A stretch of DNA of 64,000 nt from an uncultured Gemmataceae bacterium. GTDB taxonomy: Bacteria > Planctomycetota > Planctomycetia > Gemmatales > Gemmataceae. Under the pieces are notes generated by a model that saw only the letters and a list, made by a program, of their open reading frames with translations, ran no database searches and was not told the DNA's origin. The stretch spans positions 2,272,001 to 2,336,000 of the forward strand of contig CAVVPN010000003.1 of assembly GCA_963750165.1 (NCBI GenBank), given 5' to 3'. Of the stretch, positions 44,875-56,332 are shown piece after piece (position 1 is the first letter of the stretch; every line of letters begins with the position of its first letter). A program made the translations under genes and the position numbers.

Positions 44875-45785
44875 CCGGCACCTGTCGGGGTCAGGGGAGT
44901 GGGCGACGCGCTCAGCGGGTGCGCCGCCAGGAAGTCGTGGACCAGCGGCAGGATAGCGTCCCGTGCGTCCTCCAGCACCAGATGGCCGGCGTCGGGAAAC
45001 TCGTGGACTTCCGCGTTCGGGAAATGCCGCCGCCACTCCGCGAGGAAGTGAGCGTCAAACACGAAGTCACGCAGGCCCCAGCAGATCAACGTCGGCACGT
45101 CGGCGAAGCGGTGCAGGCCGCGCTCGACTTCGCTCACCAGGTCGTACGCGCGGTCATCGGGCCGCAGTGGAATGTCCTGCACGAAGCGCAGCACTGCCCG
45201 CCGCCGCTCCCAGCTGTCGTACGGCTCCAGGTAGCCCGCCCGCACATCCGCGGACAGTGGCCGCACCGCCCCAAGGCGGAGAGCGCCACGGACGAAGGCG
45301 TTCAGGCCGCGCACCAGCAGCGGCCCCAGCGGCGTGTTGCGGCACCAGTCGATTTGCCACGGCAGTTTTTTCGCCTTCGGCAGGTGGAACGCCGCCGTGT
45401 TCAGCACCACCAGCCGCTTGACGCGCTCCGGGAAGCGGTGCGCGAACAGCATGCCGATCATGCCGCCCCAGTCGTGCAGCACCAGCGTCAGTTGCTCGCG
45501 CAGCCCCAGGTGATCGAGCAGCGCCTCCAGGTCGCGGGCGCGGCGGTCGAGGGTGTAGTCGTACTGCGCGTCCGGCGGGCAGTCGGAGCGGCCGCAGCCC
45601 ATGTGATCGGGCACCACGCAGCGGTACGCGCCGCGGAGTTCCTTCACCAGTTCGCGGTAGTAGAAGGACCAGGTGGGATTGCCGTGCAGCATCACCACGG
45701 GCGCGCCGGCGCCCTCGTCGAGGTAGTGCAGGCGCCGGCCGTCGAGCGATAAAAAATGTCCGATAAATGGGTAAAGTGCGTTCAC
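44871..45785 (-). CDS. oleB: Beta-lactone decarboxylase OleB (haloalkane dehalogenase-like)
   Basis: HGNPTWSFYYR, LHDWGG, RFVQDIP, DFVFD, AGHLVLED; GTG overlaps the oleA stop. Confidence 0.9.
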   Translation of the reverse strand: MNALYPFIGHFLSLDGRRLHYLDEGAGAPVVMLHGNPTWSFYYRELVKELRGAYRCVVPDHMGCGRSDCPPDAQYDYTLDRRARDLEALLDHLGLREQLTLVLHDWGGMIGMLFAHRFPERVKRLVVLNTAAFHLPKAKKLPWQIDWCRNTPLGPLLVRGLNAFVRGALRLGAVRPLSADVRAGYLEPYDSWERRRAVLRFVQDIPLRPDDRAYDLVSEVERGLHRFADVPTLICWGLRDFVFDAHFLAEWRRHFPNAEVHEFPDAGHLVLEDARDAILPLVHDFLAAHPLSASPTPLTPTGAG

Positions 45786-46831
45786 CACTCCAGCCCCAGC
45801 ATGAGACAGTTGAGGCCGCTGCCGATGCCCAGGAAGCCGACGCGGTCGCCCGGCCGCAGGAAGCCGCGCTCCTCCGCCAGCGCCGCCGTCAGCGGCAGCG
45901 ATACCGTGCCCATGTTGCCCAGGTAGGGGAACGTCGAAAATTCCTTCTCCGGCGGGATGCCCAGGGCGCGCAGCACCGTGTCGCGGTGGGCGGCGCCGAC
46001 CTGGTGGCAGATGACCTTGTCGATCTGCTCGCGCACCCAGCCGAGCCGCTGCTGGAACGCACTCCAGGTGCGCAGGCCGAGCGCGACGCCGTGCTTGAGC
46101 ACCGCCACGGGGTCCGTGCGCATGAACTGCCGCAGGGCGGCCGGCACGAGCAGCTCCAGGCCCCAGCGGCACAGTTCGTGGAACTGCGGCGCCGTTTGCG
46201 TGGTGCCGCCGACCAGGCGGTGCTTGCGTCGCGTCAGGAACGAGCCGTCCGTCAGCAGCACCGCCGCGGCGCCGCTGCCGCCGGTCAGTGTCGCCAGGCC
46301 GCTCGTGAACGCCGCCATGTCGCGCGTCTCCAGCAGCCGCTCGATGGTGATGTCGATGATCTCGCGCGACGTTTCGCAGGAGACGACCAGGCCAGCGCGG
46401 ATTTGCCCCAGTTCGATGCGGTTGGCCACGTCCACCATGCCGTTGAGCACGCCGAGGCAGGCGTTGCTCACGTCGTAAACCGCCGCGGACGACTTGACCT
46501 CCAGGCCGGCGGCGACGTGGCAGGCGGTGGCCGGCTCGAAGTGCTCGCGGCAGACGCCCGCGTAAATGACCACGTCGAGGTCGCGGCCGCGCACCTGCGT
46601 GGCGGCCAGCGCCTTGCGGGCCGCGGCAGTCGCGCCCTTGCTGACGGAGTAGCCCGGCTCCCACCAGCGCCGCTCGACGATGCCGGTCAGCGCTTCCAGC
46701 TGGCCGTCGGGGATGCGCAAGGCTCGGTAGACGGGGGCCAGCCGCGTTTCCAGTTCCTCGGAGGTGACGACCACCGGCGGCAGTTCGTAGCCGATGGCGT
46801 CCACAAAAACGCGCGTGTAGTTCATGCCCAC
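45782..46831 (-). CDS. oleA: OleA thiolase-family Claisen condensing enzyme
   Basis: EPATA, SNACLG, ATLTGGSGA, HQVG, GNMG, GIGSGLNC. Confidence 0.92.
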   Translation of the reverse strand: MGMNYTRVFVDAIGYELPPVVVTSEELETRLAPVYRALRIPDGQLEALTGIVERRWWEPGYSVSKGATAAARKALAATQVRGRDLDVVIYAGVCREHFEPATACHVAAGLEVKSSAAVYDVSNACLGVLNGMVDVANRIELGQIRAGLVVSCETSREIIDITIERLLETRDMAAFTSGLATLTGGSGAAAVLLTDGSFLTRRKHRLVGGTTQTAPQFHELCRWGLELLVPAALRQFMRTDPVAVLKHGVALGLRTWSAFQQRLGWVREQIDKVICHQVGAAHRDTVLRALGIPPEKEFSTFPYLGNMGTVSLPLTAALAEERGFLRPGDRVGFLGIGSGLNCLMLGLEW

Positions 46832-46833
46832 TC

Positions 46834-49800
46834 TCAGGGCGAAGTCGTGGCGGGTGCCCAGGTCAATGCGAAATCGCTCAACTGATAGATTACGCGGCCG
46901 TCCACCGATAACCAGCCGTCCGCCATCAAGCGCTGCCGCACGTCGTCCACGGCGGTGACCGTCGCCTGCACCTCAACGCGGCGGCTGCTGGGCAGGACCT
47001 GGCCGCGGTAGACCCAGCGGTGCGGTTGCCCCGGCCGCGCCGTGTCGAAGTGCCAGTCGCCGCCGCGGCCCCAGCGCTCGACCGCCGTCACCTTGAGCAA
47101 CTGCAAAAACGCTTCCACGCCGAGCGAGCCGGGCCAGACGGGATCCTGGTAGAAGTGGGCCTTGAAGAACCACTCGCCCGGATCGACCGTCTTGCTGCCG
47201 GCGAGGAAGCCCAGACCAGGTGGGCCGCCGTCCAGCACGAAGCAGTCGATGCGATCCACCATGCGCAGCATCGTGTCCGGGAATGGCGCGTCCGTGGGGT
47301 AGGCGAACGTCCGACCGCGGGCCTGCTCGGCGGCGGTGGGCGCGTACGGTGCCGCGTCGCGGATGCCAACCTGCTGCGCCAGCGATGCCCGCGAAAAGAA
47401 GCCGAAGTACGTCTCACCCTCGTAGACGACGCGGCGGCCGTCGCGCACGGTGAAGGCGAAGTGGTTGATAATCATGCCGCCGGAGTTGGCGACTTTCGTG
47501 GCCTGCACGGTGGTGGTCAGGGTGCCGGCATCGGGCGCGACCGCGGCGTGCTGCACGGCGCTGCCGCCGAGGTTGCGGAAGCACAGGTCGTCGGGGCTGG
47601 TCAGGGCGGCGCCCATGTACGCGGCGAACCAACCGCACGGTTGCAGCGCCAGCTCCAGCAGCACCGCGAACGGCATGACGGGGTGGCGCTCGGCAGCGAA
47701 GTACCAGGCGTCGGGCGGCACATCGTACTGGGCCTCAATGGTGCCGCCGGCCACCAGCTTCCAGGGCTCGGCGTGGACTTCGGTGATGCGGTCGAGGATC
47801 TGGTACGGCGGCCCCGGCAACCGGGCGATGAAGCGCCGGTCGTCGAAGTCGCGCAGGCGCTCGCCGAACGCCTCGGAAGGTTTGCCGACCGCGAACGCCA
47901 GGATGTGGTGCGTGTCAAAAATGGCGGGCTTTTTCGCACTGTCCGCAGCCCAGGTCGCCGCGACCGCCTCCCGCGTCAGGCCGGTTAGCCGCAGCGTCAT
48001 GTCGGTGATGTCCACAATCGGCTTGCCGTCCGCGTACATCAACGCATCGACAATCGCGAATGCGTCCGGGTTGTAGCCAAGCTGCTTGACGTGGACCTCG
48101 TAGGTGACGACGCGCGTGGTTTCGGTGACCTGGCCGCGGCACTTGAGCCGGCTGGCGATGCCTGGCAGCGGATCGCAGACGACCTGCTCGCTCTCGGAAA
48201 TCCAGCCGAGCCGCAGCAGGAAAATCCGCAGCGTGTGCAGGCAGCACTCGTACATGAGCGTGCCGGGCATGACCCGGTCATCGACGAAGTGGCACGTCAG
48301 GAACCAGGCGTCCGGCCGGATGTCCGCCTCGGCACGGATCAGGCCGATGCCAAAGCGGCCGCCGTCCGGCTCCAGGGCGACGAGGCGATCCACCAACTTC
48401 ATGCGCCCGCCCGGCAGCCACAGTGACGCCGCCAGGCGCCGGCCCGCGAACGCGCCGCCGAAGCAGCCGTCCAGGTCGCCGCGGCGTAGGGCATCGAGCT
48501 TGCGCTCGTCGTAGCGCTCGGGGGCGAGCGGCACCGGCGGCCGCCAGTCCGGCGGCAGCGTGCCGCACCGTGGTTGGCGGTCGAGGCCGGGGCGCACGAC
48601 GCCCTTGCCCGCGGTCAGCTCCGCCGCGGTGAAGAAACCCGCGACGCCGTTGGTCATCGTCAGCAGCGGTTCGCCGTTGACCGTCCCCTCGAAGCGGAAG
48701 CGGAACAGGTACGTCTGGTCCTGGCGGAAAAAGTGGTCAATGTGGATGTCATAACGGATAATTGTGCCGGGGCCGGGCAGGCCGCGGTGGAACGTCACCT
48801 GGGCGTCGAGCAGGCGGTAGACCGCGAGGCCGCGCGTGATGAAGTCGATGCCGAGGTAGCCCGACAGGAACAGGTCCGCCTGGCCGGACTCGACCGCGAT
48901 GCAGACGGGGATGCGACCGCCGTCCAGATACCAGGCACCGGGCCGGATGTCGTGCTCGGTGACGACGCGGCCGGCGGTCATCGAGCGCGGTTCGCCCTCG
49001 ACGCTGAGGATGCGATCGACCAGCATCAGCGGCTCATCCGGCAGGCGGACGCGCGTCGGGTAGGTGTCCGCTTCGGCGAAGTCCGGGCCGAGCACCTTGG
49101 CGATGGCGCCGACCGCGAACTCCAGGCACTGGCTGCGGTCCAGGAACACGGCGGGTGCGGTGGGCAGCGCGATGGCAGGCGGCTGGGCTTCGAGCAGCGA
49201 CATTTGCAGGGATAGCTGGCCGCCGATCAGTTGCGTCAGCCGCGCGGCGAAACGCAGGTGGGCCTCGTGCGCCTGGTTGCGGGCGGTGGTCGTCGCGCTG
49301 AACTGCCGCATCAGTGGATCGCCATCGTGGGGCAGGCTTTCCAGCCTGCCTTCTTCCGTGGGGCAGACATTCCTGTCTGCCGAGGTACTGGTAGACAGGA
49401 ATGTCTGCCCCACAAGAGGGGGCGGCACCTGGAACGGTTCGCGGCGCACGGGCAGACGGAGCAGTCGCTCCGGAGCCGCAATTTCCGCGGAGGCAGTGTG
49501 CTCGCCGTACAGCGGCCGCAGGTCCACCGGCACGCGCTCGGTGATCAGCAGGGCCAGCACGCGCAGCAGACTGGTCACCTCGTCCTGGCCCGAGACGCAC
49601 ACGGCCTGGGCGGTGTGCGGCTGATCGCCGAGGATACGGCCGATCCAGCGCGTGCAACTGGCGCCGGGGCCGACCTCGACGAACAGTCGCACACTGTCCG
49701 CGTAGGCGCGGCGGACCACGGCAGGAAAATCGACCGTCTGCAGGGCCTGCGCCAGGATGGCGTCGGCGGCGCGTTTGCGCGTGACCTCGTAGGGAGCGGC

Positions 49801-52800
49801 CCAGGCGCTGCTGTAGAAGCGCACGCCGTCGGGGGCCGTCGTCGGCAGCAGGTGCAGGGCGCGGTAGGCGTCGGCGACTTCGCGGGCGATGTCGCAATGC
49901 ACGGTGCTGGCGCCGGGCAGTGGCAACACGCTACAGCCCAGCTCGCGCACCAACCGTTCCACCTCGCTGCGAGCGCCGCCGACGACGCACTCGGACGGCG
50001 TGTTGATTAACAGCAAATAGAGACGTTTTTTGTTGCCGATGGCGCGGCGCACATCGTCCGGCGTGCAGGGCACCACGCCGGCGAGCCAGTCCACGGGTTC
50101 GTTTGCCGCCAGGCCCCACGCCCGCCGCGCCGCCCGGTACTCGCCGACCAATTCGTTGCCGAACAGGTCTGACGCCTGCATCCGCGCCAGCATTTCGTCG
50201 CGCGCCGTCCACGCCCGCAGCCCGAACAGCGCCGCGGACTCGCCCAGGCTGTAACCCAGGGCCGCGTCTGGCCGCACGCCGAAGTCCGCCAGCAGGTCGC
50301 ACACCACCGTGCCCAGCGCCACCTGGGCGAAGATCATCGCCTTGTGCGGCACCTGTGCGAGGTTGGCCACCATCCCCCAGTAATGGTCCGGCACCAACTG
50401 GCTGCGCAGCCGCTCGTTCTCCCCGTCCTGGCGGCGCAGCACTTCCGGCCACTGCACCCCAAGCTGGATGCCCATATTGATGTAGTGGTTACCGGACCCC
50501 GGGAAGACGAACGCTAACCGTCCCGGGCCGGCGAGTGCTTCGTCCGTGAGGAACAGGCGCTCCACCCGTTCGTCGGCGGTCCCGCCGGCGAGGCGGGCTT
50601 CCGCCAGGTCGAGGTGCCGTAACAGTTCCTCGCGGTCGCCGGCCACCACGGCCACCGCCAGGCGCCGCCGGGGTTCGGGCAGCGCGGCGGCGAACCAGGA
50701 CCGGGCCAGGGCTTCTGGGGAGGCTGCGGCCTTTTCGGCGTGGGCGCGCAGCCGCAGCAGTCCCGCCCGCAACCCGGCCGCGTCGTCCGCCTCGACCACG
50801 AACAGGCCCGCGCGGCGCTCGCCGAACGGCTGGCGACGCTCCCTCCGCAATTGCGGAGTCTGCGCATTTTCATACTCTTCGAGGAGGACATGCAGGGCGT
50901 TGCCGTCCACGCTGGTGGCCTGGACGGCCGCCCGCCGCAGACCGGCGCCGCGGTCGCGCAGCCAGAACTGCACGTCGTTCGGCAGGGCATTGTGGTAAAG
51001 GCACAGGACGTTCCGCACCAGGGCCGCCATCCCGGAAGCCGCTCCACACGCGCCGATCCCCGTGAACACTTCCGTCAGTCCGACCGTCTTCAGGGGCACG
51101 CTGCCGTCCTCCGCGGCCCGCTCCCGGGAAAGCGCCAGGGCACCTGCCCCGCCGGCGCCACCGACGCTTTTCAAGACCGCGTAAATCCGATCCCCGTCGC
51201 GCCGCGCGTCCGCCAGGCGCTTGAGCACCACGGCCGCCGCGCCTTCGCCGATGACCTGGCCGTCCTCGGCCAGATAATCCCAGTTGGCGTCCGTCGCCAG
51301 CACGGCACGCACGTCGCCGGCCAGGTCCACGCCGCCGACCAGCGCGTGATCCAGTTCGCCCTGCTGCAGCAGCCGTGCCGCCACCAGCAATGCCCGCAAA
51401 CCGCTCGTCTCCTCGCTGGAGACGGTGAAGCTCGGCCCGCCGACGCGGAACGTGCGGGCCACGCGGCTGGCGACGATGCCGCCCAGTGCCCCCATCGTCG
51501 CGTTCGCCGTCAGCGGCGGCCCCACCGCGTCGCGCAATTGCCGCGTCCACACTTCCAGTTGTTGCGGCGTCAGGTTCAACCCCAGTTGCTCATTCCAGCG
51601 GCGTGCCTCGTTGAGCATCGCCCAGCGCAGATGAAAATTGGTGGTGTTCAGGTCCAGGCCGATGCCGACGAAGACGCCCATGCGCTGCCGCACCTCGTCG
51701 GCCAGCCCGGCGTCGCGCATCGCACCGTCCGCGACCAGCAGCATCAACAACTGCTGCGGCAGCATCTCTTCCAATTCGCGCGGCGGGACGCGGTAGCGCT
51801 CCGCGGCAACGTGCAGTTCTTCAATGAAATAACCGGCGTAATTGGCACTGTTCGGATGCTGTTCCCGGAACCACGCGCTGCGCTCGACGCCGCGCCACGG
51901 CAGTTCCCGCGACGGCGCGCACGCCGCATTGCCGAACACGCGCTCCTGAAACGCCCGCAGCCCGCGCCACCGGCCGAAGTGCGCGTCCATGCCGACGATG
52001 GCGATGTCCGGCGCCGCCACGGGTTCGGGCACCGACACGCTGACGGCAGCGCGCGGCAACCACTCCTCCAGCAGCACGTGGGCGTTGATGCCGCCGAAGC
52101 CGAAGGCGCTGACCGCGGCGCGGCGCGGTTGGCTGGCGGCGCGGCGCTCCCAGGGGATTTCCTCACCCAGCACGCGGAACGGGCCGTTGGCGTAATTGAG
52201 GCCAGGGTTGGGCGTGGAGAAATTCGCGGTCGGCGGCAGCACGCCGTCACGCAGCGCGAACAGCACCTTGAGCAGTCCCGCCGCGCCGGCCGCCGTCAGC
52301 GTGTGGCCGACGTTCGACTTCACCGAACCGAGGACGCACTGGCCCGGCCGCCAGTTTTCTTCTGCCCACAGCTCGCTGTAGACTGGCGAACTCGACCGCG
52401 TCGCCGGTGGGAGTGCCAGTGCCATGACACTCGATCAGATCCACGTCTGCGGGCCGCCAGCCGGCCGCGGCGTAGGCCGCTCGCAGCGCCCGCAGCTGGC
52501 CCTCCGTGCTCGGTGCCAGCAGGTTGCCCTGCACGTCGTTGGACAGACCAATGCCGGTGATGACGGCGTAAATGCGGTCGCCGTGCCGCAGCGCGTCGTC
52601 GAGGCGCTTCAGCACCAGCACGCCGGCGCCCTCGCCGACCACCAGGCCGTCGGCCCGCGAGTCAAAGGGGGCGCAGCGGCCTGCCGGCGACAGCGCCCGC
52701 AGCTGCGAGAAGCCCATCTGCGTGTACAGGCAGTCCGGCCGTGACAGGCCGCCAGCGAGCATGGCGTCAGCGCGGCCGCCTGCCAGTTCATCGACGGCCA

Positions 52801-53395
52801 ACTTGAGCGCGTACAGCGACGAGGCACAGGCGGCGTCCAGCGTGTAACTGCCGCCGCCGAGGCCGAGGCCCTGCGCCAGCAGACCACCGGGCAGTCCGGC
52901 GACGTAGCGGTTGAGCGGTTCGGTCGTGAGGCCCGCGACGACAGGCTGGCCCAGGATTTTTTCGGCGAAGGTGCGGCCCAGGATGTCGCGCGCCAGCGCC
53001 GACGCCTTCTCCGTCGGCAGCACGATGTTGCCGAGCACCACACCGACGCGGCGGCGGTCCAGCGGTTCGGTCACGGCGTCTTGCCACGCCTGGCGGCCGG
53101 CGTGCAGCGCCAGATGGTACATCGGGTCGAGGCGTGCGAGCAGGTCCGGGTCGAGGTCCAGGCCGGCCGGGTCGAGGTGAAAGTCTTCGATGAAGCAGCC
53201 GCGGCGCGAGTAGCAGCGGTCGGGCTGTACGCCCGCGGCGATGACGTCATCGGGGTCGAGCAGCCAGCGGCCGGGCGGCACGTCGTGCGCGGCGTCGCGG
53301 CCGTGGCGGACGTTGGCCCAGAAATGCGCGAGCGTCGGCGCCTGCGGGAAGATGCCGCCGACGCCGACGATTGCGACGGGGGGACAGGGGTTCAT
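46834..53395 (-). CDS. pfaC: PUFA synthase PfaB/C-type megasynthase KS-CLF-AT-(FabA-like DH)x4 (frameshift near 52380)
   Basis: KS DAACASS/HGTGT/NVGH; CLF lacking the catalytic Cys (SSEETS); AT GYSLGE; four hot-dog motifs (LMLVDRI, MKLVDRL, QILDRI, RMVDRI). Confidence 0.88.
49327..49413. repeat. REP-like GTGGGGCAG palindromes translated in frame in the AT-DH linker
   Basis: Encodes VGQTFLSTSTSADRNVCPT..GRLESLPH. Confidence 0.85.
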
Positions 53396-53400
53396 GCCGG

Positions 53401-53475
53401 AAAAATGTCAGGGTCTGTTTCGACCTCACGAAGCAAAAGGGAATCAGGAAGGTCGAAACGGGTCCTGACGCCTTT
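53401..53475. repeat. Inverted pair of the AGGTCGAAAxGGGTCCTGACxCCTTT motif
   Basis: 53401-53426 is the imperfect reverse complement of 53450-53475; a third copy is at 55779-55805. Confidence 0.75.
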
Positions 53476-53936
53476 GCAGTTTGCTTACTCACCGACCACC
53501 CGCCGAACTTCCTGCTCAATCCCAAGAAACGACTCTTGGCAGATGGTTATTCGGGTCATGATCCCGTCTTTTGTGAATCGGTCATTAGGGTGACAGCGTC
53601 GAGTCAAGACATAAAGCCTTGTGTTGGATAGCGAGGACGCGGTTTCTTCAAAACGATGGAACTCGGTTGGTTTGATATTCAGGTCAGAAACGACCACGAA
53701 CAGGTATATGGCTTCCTCTGAGACGATGCATGTTGTTGGCACACGCTCGTTGTCCTTCCAGGCCAAGAATGTAAATTTCTGCCCTCGCAGTTGTCGCAAC
53801 TGTTCTTCCGTCTGGCGAAGCATCGAATCAAACTCGTTTCTCTTAAAACCCAGATCCATCTTGACATCGACGAAGGCACAAATCCGTGAACCCTGGCAAA
53901 TTACCAGATCGGGTTTAATCCGTGATCGCCCTCTAC

Positions 53937-55455
53937 CTTGGCAGTCGCACTTTTCCGAGTGCTCAAACCGCGAGATTTACGCAGTTTTTCAGCGCTTCGA
54001 TGAGTTTCAGGAGTTCCGTTGCATCGGCCGACTTGGGTTTAATTAGGGCGTTCAAAGTCGCCCGCCGCAACACGGCAACCATATGACGCAACGACCATTC
54101 ACTCTCCCAGGGTCCCATCACTTGCGCAATTCCTCCGCCTCCGGCAACTGCCGACCGGCGGTAAGATACCACACCATCACGACGCTCTGCAACGACCACA
54201 CCCACGGCGCCACCTTCTCCACCGCTTCCCGACTGTAGTGTTGTGGCGCCTCGAGGTCCAGCACCTGTTTGCTCGCCCGGAACAGTACCTCAATGGACCA
54301 GCGCCAGGCGAACTGCGTAATCACCCACCCCACGTCCGCACGCACGTCGGTCGTGAACAGGTAGGCATCGTCCAACTTCCCGTCCGGGTCGCGCACCACC
54401 ACCACCTGCACCGGCCGCAACCCCAACACCCGCGGCCACACCGCCCGGTAGGCGAACGCCCGCAGGACGCGCTGCTCCCCGTAGACGGTCACCGTCACCG
54501 CCTGCCACACCCAGTCCCCGGTGGCCACGCGCTTACGGTCGGCCTTGGCGGCGGCTGCTTTGGGGTTGGGCAGACGCGGCCCCTTCTGCGCCTTGCGGCC
54601 GCGCCGGCCGGGCTTGGCCTGAGGCAGACGCGGGTCGTACACGGCCGCGTCGCCGCGCAACCGGCCGACGAAGGTCACGCGCTCGTCCAGGTCCGCCAGC
54701 AGCGCTTGGGCCGCGTAAGCGCCGTCGGCCACCAGGGTAAAGCGCCGGCCGGGGAACCAGGCCAGCACTTCGGCGAGCAGCGCGCGCGCCAGCAGTGGGC
54801 AGGACGGCTGCGCCTGGCCGGGCCGGTGCAACCGGGCCAGCAAGGGCAACGCCAGGATCGGGGCGTTCGCGAAGGGCAGGCAGACGGCGACGGCGACGAC
54901 CACCCAGTTGTGCCCCGCGGCCGTGGCGGTGCGTTTGCGGGTCGAGGCGACGGCATCGCGGAACCAGCCGAGGCCCCAGACGTGCTTGCCGCGCTTGTGG
55001 GCCAGGGTGTCGTCCACCAACAGCGTGATGGTGCCGCCCAGGTGGAGGCGCGTCAGGATGAGGACGGCGACGTGGTAGGCCAACCCGGTCACGGTCCAGG
55101 CGGAGCGCGCAAAGAAGTTGTAGGTGGTGTCCAGGCCGTGGCGCCGGGAATGGTCCCGCAAGTCTTGGGGTTGGGCGGTGTCGGCGACGCGACAGAGGCG
55201 GTGCTGGCCCAGGCACATCACCCAGCCGAGCACGAGTTGGCAGTGGGTGTGGAACGAGGGCAGGGTGAAGGCCGGGGCGAGGGCTTGGACGATGGGCTGG
55301 AGAGAAGCTATCATCAGCCACATGAGGGGCTCCTTCCGGCGAGTGCATGGCTTGAGAACCTATGCACAAACTTAGGAGGAACCCCTCTCTCTTTCTGCGA
55401 CAGCCCCGTGACACTATCGGTGTTCGTCTGTTCATGGAAGCGTGCGACAGTTCAG
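53937..55455 (-). mobile_element. IS701-family insertion sequence, 1519 bp
   Basis: Imperfect 14-bp IRs CTTGGCAGTCGCAC / GTGCGACAGTTCAG; 4-bp TSD CTAC at 53933-53936 and 55456-55459. Confidence 0.88.
53963..55323 (-). CDS. IS701-family DDE transposase (frameshift near 54120)
   Basis: LVDDT, GHNWVV, VADGAY, RWSIEVLFR; C-terminus in ORF 53963-54205. Confidence 0.88.
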
Positions 55456-55698
55456 CTACTCAAGGGCTGATTGATGAAAATCCGGTCTATCCTTGGAACT
55501 CGCTCAGCGAGGTAGAAAGCTAGAAGGTCTTCCGTTTCCGAAGACACGCTTCGGCTTTCGCCTCTGAACAACTTTGGATGCTCGTGGAGGGGTTTGCGCG
55601 ACCTCTGGTATGCATCGACAACAGCTTCCACGAAAGCTTCTGGTGTCATCCTCAAACTCCTGTTGGAAGAATTCTCGGCATAGTGTGCTGGTCCAGCG

Positions 55699-55779
55699 TC
55701 ATGATGAGGGCAAGGCCGGCTCCGGCACCTGGTTGCGGCGGAACGCCTCGGCCAGCGCCGCGTCCTGGATGTTTTCGTA
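55699..55779 (-). repeat. Second copy of the last 27 codons of pfaA (direct repeat of 56333-56413)
   Basis: 56-bp identical core 55714-55769 = 56348-56403; YENIQDAALAEAFRRNQVPEPALPSS* versus YECVQDAALAEAFRRNQVPEPALPTT*. Confidence 0.92.
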
Positions 55780-55805
55780 GGTCGAAAAGGGGTCCTGACA
55801 CCTTT
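55779..55805. repeat. Single copy of the AGGTCGAAAAGGGGTCCTGACACCTTT motif
   Basis: Matches 53450-53475; abuts the duplicated pfaA end. Confidence 0.75.
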
Positions 55806-55816
55806 TTTTCGTTCCG

Positions 55817-56137
55817 CTACAATGCCTCACCTTCGGCCACCAACAGCGCTTTCAAGCCGCGGGCAATCAGGGCATCCCGACTAATGCGTTTCTTCTTCGC
55901 CAGGGCGGTACAGCGCTTGAGTAACGCTTGTTCCAGGCGCACGGCGATGGTCTGTTGCTCCGCACCTGCCTCGACGTGGGGCGGCTTAACTTTGGCACGT
56001 TCCCAGCGTGTTTGCAGAGAAGGGGTGAGCGGTTTCGCCTGGTCCGCCACGAACTCCGCATCGAACTCCTTCGTGGCTTCCCGAAGTTCCGCCGTCGTCA
56101 TTTCCCAGTACGGTTTGCCAGGGGCTTTTCGGCTCAT
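55817..56137 (-). CDS. Putative antitoxin with C-terminal ribbon-helix-helix (BrnA/CopG-like)
   Basis: MTTAELREATKEFD; QTIAVRLEQALLKRCTALAKKKRISRDALIARGL; ATGA overlap with the toxin stop. Confidence 0.7.
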   Translation of the reverse strand: MSRKAPGKPYWEMTTAELREATKEFDAEFVADQAKPLTPSLQTRWERAKVKPPHVEAGAEQQTIAVRLEQALLKRCTALAKKKRISRDALIARGLKALLVAEGEAL

Positions 56138-56258
56138 GTTCGTTTTCTCCGCCGATAGCGTTTCGTTTCGCTTGCCGGATGACCGTTTCCGCTTCTTCCC
56201 AGTCCACGCCATGCTCGGCCAGATGGTCCCGGTTCCAGTCAATCCACCGAAACTCCAT
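56134..56258 (-). pseudogene. BrnT-like toxin remnant with internal deletion
   Basis: MEFRWIDWNRDHLAEHGVDWEEAETV joined out of frame to KRYRRRKRT*. Confidence 0.65.
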
Positions 56259-56332
56259 GAACTTCTCCTATCGGCCATTGTAACGGGAGAAGGAAAACCG
56301 GGTAAGGCACAAGCCGGCAGGACATCTTCGTG

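Larger units (their letters stand above)
53485..55649 (-). pseudogene. PD-(D/E)xK nuclease-like gene interrupted by an IS (213 aa when rejoined)
   Basis: Removing the IS and one TSD joins ...FINQPLS|RGRSRIKPDLVICQGSRICAFVDVKMDLG in frame; lower GC. Confidence 0.75.

Noticed and set aside
44871..46664. 597-aa extended OleB, and likewise a 775-aa PstA (16143-18470)
   Set aside because: The N-terminal extensions are alternative frames over the upstream genes; the real starts overlap the upstream stops.
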